From the sequence record AP018399.1: a stretch of DNA of 64,000 nt, one strand, 5' to 3'. Shown here in pieces: positions 58,197-64,000 of this stretch. Below the pieces are notes generated by a model. The model had not been told where the DNA came from, ran no database searches, and saw only the letters and a program-made list of their open reading frames with translations. How positions within the stretch are numbered: position 1 is the stretch's first letter; each line of letters opens with the position of its first letter. The position numbers and the translations under genes were made by a program.

Positions 58197-59198
58197 TTAC
58201 TTGACGTGCGTGTAGGTTTCGCCGTCGCGGATGCGAGCCACCGAGCGGGCAGACGTGCCGTAGGTCTTCGCGATGGTGGACAGCGGCCAGCCTTCGCTCA
58301 ACGCCTGACGGATATCGCGAACCTGCTGGTCGGTCAGCGTGGTGGTACCAACCGCAGTCTGCTTGGAAGCGAGGCCGGAGGTCGGGGCCAGCGGAGCCGA
58401 CTTCACATCAGCGGCCAGCGGAGCCGGAGCAGCCGGGGTCGCCTTCGTGTCGAACTTGGTGTCGAAGTTCGCCACCAGCTTTTCGATTTCGCTGCGGTCT
58501 TCGTTGTACTTCAATTCGCCGACGACGAGGTAGCGGCAGGCACGGCCCTTCGCGTTGTTGTAGTCGGTCGGAATCGAAACCACGTCTGCCGGGTTAATCT
58601 TCACCACGACGATGCGGGCACCGCCGAAGTGCGACAGGTACGATTCAGAGCAGAAGTGCAGGCCGGTCGAGCAGGTTTCGTCCTTGTTGTCGTTGACAGC
58701 GTTGCGCGGCATTTCCACGACGAGGCCGATGTTGTTCTTGGTCTTGCCATCGTGAACCGAAGTGTAGTCCGCGTTGACCTTCTTGTACGCGAGGAAATGG
58801 CCGTCCGTGGTAATCGGCAGGTCGCACGCTTCCATGAAGCCGTACAGTTCGGTGATGGCGCGATGCGACGGGTTCTGCATCAGGTTGTCGAGGAACAGCA
58901 GCAGCGGGGCAGCGTTGCCAGCTTCCTTCACGACCGTGAGGATGCGGCTCACCAGAGCGCCGTGCAGCGGACGACCATCGTACTTGAGAACGGTACCGTC
59001 CAGTTCAATCTTGCCCTGCGACAGCTTGACCACGGCCTGACGGACTTCGACAGCATCCTTCACGCCCTGAACGTCACCGGCTTCGATTGCCTTGATAACG
59101 AGGTCATACTGCGGAGTGCCGGTGGGGACGATATGCTGTTCGCCATCGACGTAGACGGTGACGTTCTTGCTGGAAATGACGTGCGGGATGAATGACAT
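58197..59198 (-). CDS. rIIB: rIIB-like protein
   Basis: DGHFLAYKKV, CSTGLHFCS and KGRACRY; adjacent to rIIA. Confidence 0.9.
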   Translation of the reverse strand: MSFIPHVISSKNVTVYVDGEQHIVPTGTPQYDLVIKAIEAGDVQGVKDAVEVRQAVVKLSQGKIELDGTVLKYDGRPLHGALVSRILTVVKEAGNAAPLLLFLDNLMQNPSHRAITELYGFMEACDLPITTDGHFLAYKKVNADYTSVHDGKTKNNIGLVVEMPRNAVNDNKDETCSTGLHFCSESYLSHFGGARIVVVKINPADVVSIPTDYNNAKGRACRYLVVGELKYNEDRSEIEKLVANFDTKFDTKATPAAPAPLAADVKSAPLAPTSGLASKQTAVGTTTLTDQQVRDIRQALSEGWPLSTIAKTYGTSARSVARIRDGETYTHVK

Positions 59199-59263
59199 TG
59201 AGAGAATTCCTTTAAGGTTTGAACTTGGTAGGTCTATATAGTAGCACTATTTGAGGCAGAGCG

Positions 59264-61471
59264 TCAAGCGCAGTTGTGGCACATATTGATGTATTCCACA
59301 ACATGCTCCGCTTCCTTGCCCGTGATAGCGCCGTAGCCGTGACGGGCCGCGTACTGCATCATGGGAGCCTTGTCGAACACAGTCTTGGTCGCGTTGCGGG
59401 TTGCAGCCAGAGCCGGATGCTGGTCAGCGTTGTAGCCAGCGATACGCAGCATGTAACCGTTCACGTCCGCCTTCGAAGCCACGGCCTGAGCCTTCGCATT
59501 CAGACGCATGAGACGGGCCAGCTTCGAACGCGGGTGCAAGCCCTGCAATTCGGAGAAGCGATATCCCAGAGCCGAATGAATCAGTTCGTGGATGCTGTTG
59601 GCGATAGTATAACGCTTAATCTTCGGATTAGCAATGATTTCCGCACGCTTTTCCTTAACGTAATCTTCCAACTTCACCCACTCAATGCCCGTCTCGGCCA
59701 GCTTGTCAACGTCATTGGCACGGATGCCATAGAGCGGCAAGTCAACCACGCCAGCATTGCAGAGTTCGTTAAACTGGCCCTTCACGTTGTAACCGATGCT
59801 TTCGGTACGCTGGCGGTCCACAACAATGTAGACGGCCTTTTCAACGTCGTCGCCGTTGTCGTCGGTCAGTTCGCCCAGCTTGTCGTATTCGCGCTTCCAG
59901 TTCGCAACCGAATCCATATCATCGCGGCCATTGCCGTTCGCACGGTAAGCGGTCGGACGGCTGTAGTCGGTACGGGTGCGGTCATACGCAGTACGCGGCG
60001 GGTCGGCCATCTGGGAAACCATGTGAATTTCCGCGAAGCCGCCCAAGTGGTCACTCAGCGCCTTGATGAAAGCCGCATCCATCTTGATGCTATCGAAGTT
60101 CGCAGTCAGAGACAGCATCGTTTCAAGGTTCTTTTCCTTGAAAAAATGACGCATCTTCGCAACCGGAGTCTTCGAAGTATCGCGCAGGACGATAGCAACG
60201 CGCTCACCCTTGGTAGGCTGCAACGTGGCATCATCGCTGGAATTGCGAGAGCCGGTGAAGCCGTTCATGCCGTTACGGGTGTACTTGGTAATCGACACGC
60301 CGTTGACGGTCTTCTTTACCTTGTTGCCATTGATATCTTCGCGTTCCACTTCCGTCTTGAACGCATCGCAGGTACCCAACTGGAAAGAGTAGGTGCCGTG
60401 GTGATGCTTGGTCGCCGGGGACAAATCCATTTTGATTCCCGCGATGATGCTGCGGAAAGTCTGATTGTCATTGATGAAGCGTGCCTTTTCATACACGTTC
60501 GGCAGCGTGGCAATCTGGGTTTCAATCCACTTCACCACGTCAGCGTGAGCTTCGGCCACACGCTTCTTAAGTGAATCCAGCGTCACGCCCTTGTACTCGA
60601 CACCTTCACGGCTGGCGGTCACGCCAATCTCGCCGATGTTGAAATACAGGTTCGCACCGATTTCATTGATGGTACGGAGGAACTGGCCGTCTTCCGACGA
60701 CAGGTGCGGCAGCACTTGCGTCACGTCCAGCGGATAGCCGACCGGACCCTGAATGATGTGCATCGACGCACGACCATAGGCTTTCGAACGGAAAATCTTG
60801 ATGGTCGCAGTTTCGAACAGCGCTTCGCCTTCCTCTTCGAAGTCGAACTTCGCACCGTTGCGGAAGTTCACGACTTCCGGCTTCACCGGGAAGAAACGCA
60901 ACTGAGTTTGCGCAGCCTTGATGAAAGCGCCAAAATCCTTCGGTTCGACACCGATTTTGATTTCGACACCGTTGTGTTCGTCGCTGGCGGTTTCAGCCAT
61001 AAGCTGAATTTCCGGGATGCCCTCGCCATTGATGAAGGCCGAGTACATATACTTGCGACCGTTGTAAATCGAAGTAACATTGAACTGGTCGGTGTACGAG
61101 AACGGAGTCTTCGCACCGAGGCCGAATGCGCCCACGGCATCATTCGACTGGTCCTTGGTGGACTGGAAGTAGACGCAGAATACGGTCTGCACGGCATCCG
61201 GCGACAGGCCGATACCGTAATCGCGGAAGGAAACCCACGGCTCAAATGCGTCCGGCAGGTGCAGGGTGAACGCCTTTTCCGGCGTACCGGCCATGACGTG
61301 CGAGTCCAAGCAATTGCACGAGATTTCGCGCATGATGGAACCAATCTTGTCCTGATACATGGTATCGGAAAGGACGCGGAACGCCTTACCGTTCATGGCG
61401 ATGGAGAACTGGCCGGACTGACCGGCAGCGCCAGAGGACTTGACCGGACCGTTATGCTGCTGAATCTGCAT
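59264..61471 (-). CDS. rIIA: rIIA-like protein (GHKL/HSP90-like N-terminus)
   Basis: REISCNCLDSH, RDYGIGLS, STK and GAFGLGAK. Confidence 0.9.
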   Translation of the reverse strand: MQIQQHNGPVKSSGAAGQSGQFSIAMNGKAFRVLSDTMYQDKIGSIMREISCNCLDSHVMAGTPEKAFTLHLPDAFEPWVSFRDYGIGLSPDAVQTVFCVYFQSTKDQSNDAVGAFGLGAKTPFSYTDQFNVTSIYNGRKYMYSAFINGEGIPEIQLMAETASDEHNGVEIKIGVEPKDFGAFIKAAQTQLRFFPVKPEVVNFRNGAKFDFEEEGEALFETATIKIFRSKAYGRASMHIIQGPVGYPLDVTQVLPHLSSEDGQFLRTINEIGANLYFNIGEIGVTASREGVEYKGVTLDSLKKRVAEAHADVVKWIETQIATLPNVYEKARFINDNQTFRSIIAGIKMDLSPATKHHHGTYSFQLGTCDAFKTEVEREDINGNKVKKTVNGVSITKYTRNGMNGFTGSRNSSDDATLQPTKGERVAIVLRDTSKTPVAKMRHFFKEKNLETMLSLTANFDSIKMDAAFIKALSDHLGGFAEIHMVSQMADPPRTAYDRTRTDYSRPTAYRANGNGRDDMDSVANWKREYDKLGELTDDNGDDVEKAVYIVVDRQRTESIGYNVKGQFNELCNAGVVDLPLYGIRANDVDKLAETGIEWVKLEDYVKEKRAEIIANPKIKRYTIANSIHELIHSALGYRFSELQGLHPRSKLARLMRLNAKAQAVASKADVNGYMLRIAGYNADQHPALAATRNATKTVFDKAPMMQYAARHGYGAITGKEAEHVVEYINMCHNCA

Positions 61472-61615
61472 GTGAAGAGTATCCTTGATGAAGTAAGTGC
61501 GAGAATTATAGGCCGACAAAATTACAATGTCAACCCTCATTCTGGAATTCGTTGGCGGCGATGTGCGTCAACTGATGGCGACAAGTATAAGGATTAAAAT
61601 CAATCCGTCAAGGGG

Positions 61616-61659
61616 TTGACAGGCAATAAATTATAGGGTAAAATGGATGGTAGGCCGGG
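61616..61659 (+). repeat. dispersed element, copy 11 (GGATGGTAGGCCGGG)
   Basis: TTGACA-17-TAAAAT plus motif. Confidence 0.9.
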
Positions 61660-62302
61660 GGTATACACTGGCCCAAAAGAAAAGCCCCGCTTGGACGGGG
61701 CTTCTCAACGCAGCGAGCTTTCGCTCTTCCGGCAGGGTACAATTAGCGGATGCTTTCGCCAGCCCAACGGTCAAAGATGCCGTAGTTCGACGGGTTGTTC
61801 TGGTCGCGCTTGTATTCGCGAGCAGCTTCACGAGTCTGGGTGTTCTTTAGCGGCTTCTGGGTCTTGCTGTTCTTGCTGTAAACGTAGTAACGAGAATTTG
61901 ACATTGTTTGATTTCCTTTATAAAGACCGCCATGTCACTAGCAGTATGGGGTCAGTATACGGATATCAAATTGGATTGTCAAGTCCTTCGCGTGCTTCCA
62001 ATTCCGCTTCCGCCTTGCGGACAGTAAGGATGCGACAGGTCATGCCCGGTTCCGGGGTCACAAACATATCTTCACCTAGGAAGACAATGCTACCCTCCAC
62101 ACGCGGCTTCTTGTCCGTCTGTAGCAGAACTTCCTTCTTGCCGTGGAGACTGGAACAGCCCAAGTACCACGGACCCTCATCACGGATGCGAGTATAACCC
62201 ACATAGATTAGACCAGCAACCAGAATGACGGAAGCAATCTTCAACTGCTTCCACTCGGCAGAGTTCGCAGCCCGTTCGCGTTTGATTTCTTCCCGCAGCT
62301 TC

Positions 62303-63052
62303 TTAAACCAACGCAACTTCGGCCTCCGGCTCTTCTTGTTTTTCTATGTGCAAGCCCACGTACTCACGCATTTGCGAGAAGACAGGGATGTGTACATCAA
62401 CCTGCTTCGAAATGCTATTGTAGCACAGACCACGCTTTTTGTGAATCGCAATGTCGTTCCAGTTCACCGGAACATCCATCTGCATCAGCAAGTCCTGAAC
62501 CTGCTGATTGTTCAGGCCATGACACTTCTTATGGCCTAGGTAGTGCGTAGCCACAGAGCGGATACTGTTACGCACAGCATCGTTCTGTCGCCAAATGAAA
62601 TAATTTACAATCTCATCCTTCGGCAGCGAGAAGACACGCGAATCGAAGAATGCCAGCGGCTTGTCTTCGAAGGCATCAGCAGCCAGCTTGTTGAACATGC
62701 CAGTCGCCAGAGACGCGGACACGCTCACCATCTTCTGGACATTGCCATCGAACCATGCATCGGTCGTCAGGTTGTCGTAGTCACGTAGCAGGATGGAGAT
62801 TTCATCCGACTGGCAGTAAGCGAAAACTGCACCTTGGATATTCTCACATAGAAACTTCATGGTGTTCGCCATGATAGCGATGAACGTATCATCGTGGGGA
62901 CGGTCAAGTCCCTTCGTCCATGTGTGGAATGCCTTACCGTCCAGACGGATGATTGCGGGCGTGCGTCGCATCAACTTGATACGATTCACGTCCTCATACT
63001 TCTTCATGCGGTCGCCGAGACTATCGCCGCCCTTGGGTGCAGATTTCGCCAT
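62303..63052 (-). CDS. tRNA-His guanylyltransferase (Thg1)-like protein
   Basis: RMKKYE, IRLDGKAFHTWT, QSDEISI, FDSRVF, YFIWRQNDA. Confidence 0.9.
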   Translation of the reverse strand: MAKSAPKGGDSLGDRMKKYEDVNRIKLMRRTPAIIRLDGKAFHTWTKGLDRPHDDTFIAIMANTMKFLCENIQGAVFAYCQSDEISILLRDYDNLTTDAWFDGNVQKMVSVSASLATGMFNKLAADAFEDKPLAFFDSRVFSLPKDEIVNYFIWRQNDAVRNSIRSVATHYLGHKKCHGLNNQQVQDLLMQMDVPVNWNDIAIHKKRGLCYNSISKQVDVHIPVFSQMREYVGLHIEKQEEPEAEVALV

Positions 63053-63588
63053 TACTTTTTCTTCCGAAGTTTGATATTCAACTCTGTTTCCAGTGTATCA
63101 TAGAACGCTGGTCGAGCCAAATACTTTTTGTGTTCGCGAAGCGTAATGGCTGCACGTCGCTTGATTTGTTCGAAGATTCGGTCCCATACCGCTTCGGATA
63201 GCTCCGGAGCCATCGCAGCCTGAACCATGCGACCGCTATCCAGTGTGATGTTATGGCGACCACACCATGCACCGTCGTAGTCAAAACTGACCCGGTATTC
63301 CTTCATGGTCGGCAGCTTGTTGCGTGAGTAGGAATCGTAAGGACAGACCTTGATTTCCCAGCCCTGACCCAAGTTCAGTTCCCAGCCCTCATCCACGCTG
63401 TACTTCTTCTCCGGAATGTATTTGTAATCATTCGGAGTGAACTGCATGATATCGAAAGGCTGGCCGTACAGCTTTTCGAACAACGGCCAGCCCTTCGGGG
63501 CAAGTCTCAGGAAGTCGAACAACTGAATGGCTGCATCAGCCGCTTCAATGTTCGACATGGATGGGATAGGAGGGGAAGCGATGGTCAT
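63052..63588 (-). CDS. hypothetical protein
   Basis: Coupled ORF. Confidence 0.7.
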   Translation of the reverse strand: MTIASPPIPSMSNIEAADAAIQLFDFLRLAPKGWPLFEKLYGQPFDIMQFTPNDYKYIPEKKYSVDEGWELNLGQGWEIKVCPYDSYSRNKLPTMKEYRVSFDYDGAWCGRHNITLDSGRMVQAAMAPELSEAVWDRIFEQIKRRAAITLREHKKYLARPAFYDTLETELNIKLRKKK

Positions 63589-63851
63589 TAGAATTGAATA
63601 TTGTAAAGGCGTGTCAGGTGTTCCGTGATGCGCTCCCGAATGTGTGCCTTCACACGCTTCAACTCGGTAGCCTCATCTTCCGATTCAAACTTCCAGTCAG
63701 CATTGCTCCACACCAACTGGTCCATGAATGTGATATGCACATTGTAACCGTCCGTGGTCCCAAACAACATGGGGACAGTACGGCCCGGCATCCCCTCATT
63801 CACCATGAGGTTCATCTGGTCGTTCAGTTCGCGGACGATATCGAAGAGCAT
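63588..63851 (-). CDS. hypothetical protein
   Basis: Coupled ORF. Confidence 0.7.
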   Translation of the reverse strand: MLFDIVRELNDQMNLMVNEGMPGRTVPMLFGTTDGYNVHITFMDQLVWSNADWKFESEDEATELKRVKAHIRERITEHLTRLYNIQF

Positions 63852-64000
63852 GACTGCATTCCTGCTTTGTGAGCCTTAATTATAGCACACAAAGTCAGCT
63901 TGTCAACTACTTCCCACGGGAGTTCGCTATCATCTTCCCTAGGACGAAAAGAATCAGGGCAGTCGGCCAGAAGGTTCCGTAGACTATGGAGTTCGTGACA

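Noticed and set aside
55737-61597. Long plus-strand ORFs (316-432 aa) opposite the ligase and rII genes, and similar ones elsewhere
   Set aside because: Shadow ORFs caused by biased codon usage of the real genes; no SD sites or recognisable motifs.
3245-61659. GGATGGCAGGCCGGG repeats as a CRISPR array
   Set aside because: Copies are kilobases apart, on both strands, and not separated by regular spacers; no cas genes are present.
1-64000. Prophage or bacterial chromosome origin
   Set aside because: No integrase or host housekeeping operons; gene density, rII genes and the tRNA array fit a lytic phage.

Overview
This 64 kb window comes from a large lytic phage, most likely T4-superfamily-like (rIIA/rIIB genes, CTAAATA/ATAAATA late-promoter-like motifs), with a probable proteobacterial host. 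It has no capsid, terminase, polymerase or integrase genes, so taxonomy cannot be fixed. It has four blocks. (1) 1-22.5 kb: dozens of short, mostly monocistronic minus-strand genes, each with its own sigma70-type promoter and often a terminator, plus several dispersed repeats. (2) 22.5-30 kb: plus-strand accessory genes (GNAT, Gp88-like, OGFr-like, (p)ppGpp-hydrolase-like HD). (3) 30-49.5 kb: an RNA-rich region with about 30 tRNAs covering all 20 amino acids, two amber (CUA) tRNAs, five normally class I tRNAs with long variable arms, about 10 tRNA-like RNAs with large insertions or missing arms, a circularly permuted tmRNA, and a hammerhead-like ribozyme with an anti-Shine-Dalgarno loop in front of a ~780-nt GOLLD-like RNA. 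(4) 50-64 kb: SleB-like hydrolase, M23 peptidase, RNA ligase, rIIB, rIIA and a Thg1-like protein. The best candidates for undescribed biology are an 11-copy 44-bp promoter-plus-GGATGGCAGGCCGGG element, the tRNA-scaffolded RNAs, and the ribozyme/anti-SD/giant-RNA unit. All calls were made by eye. No database or folding software was run, so family names rest on recalled motifs.
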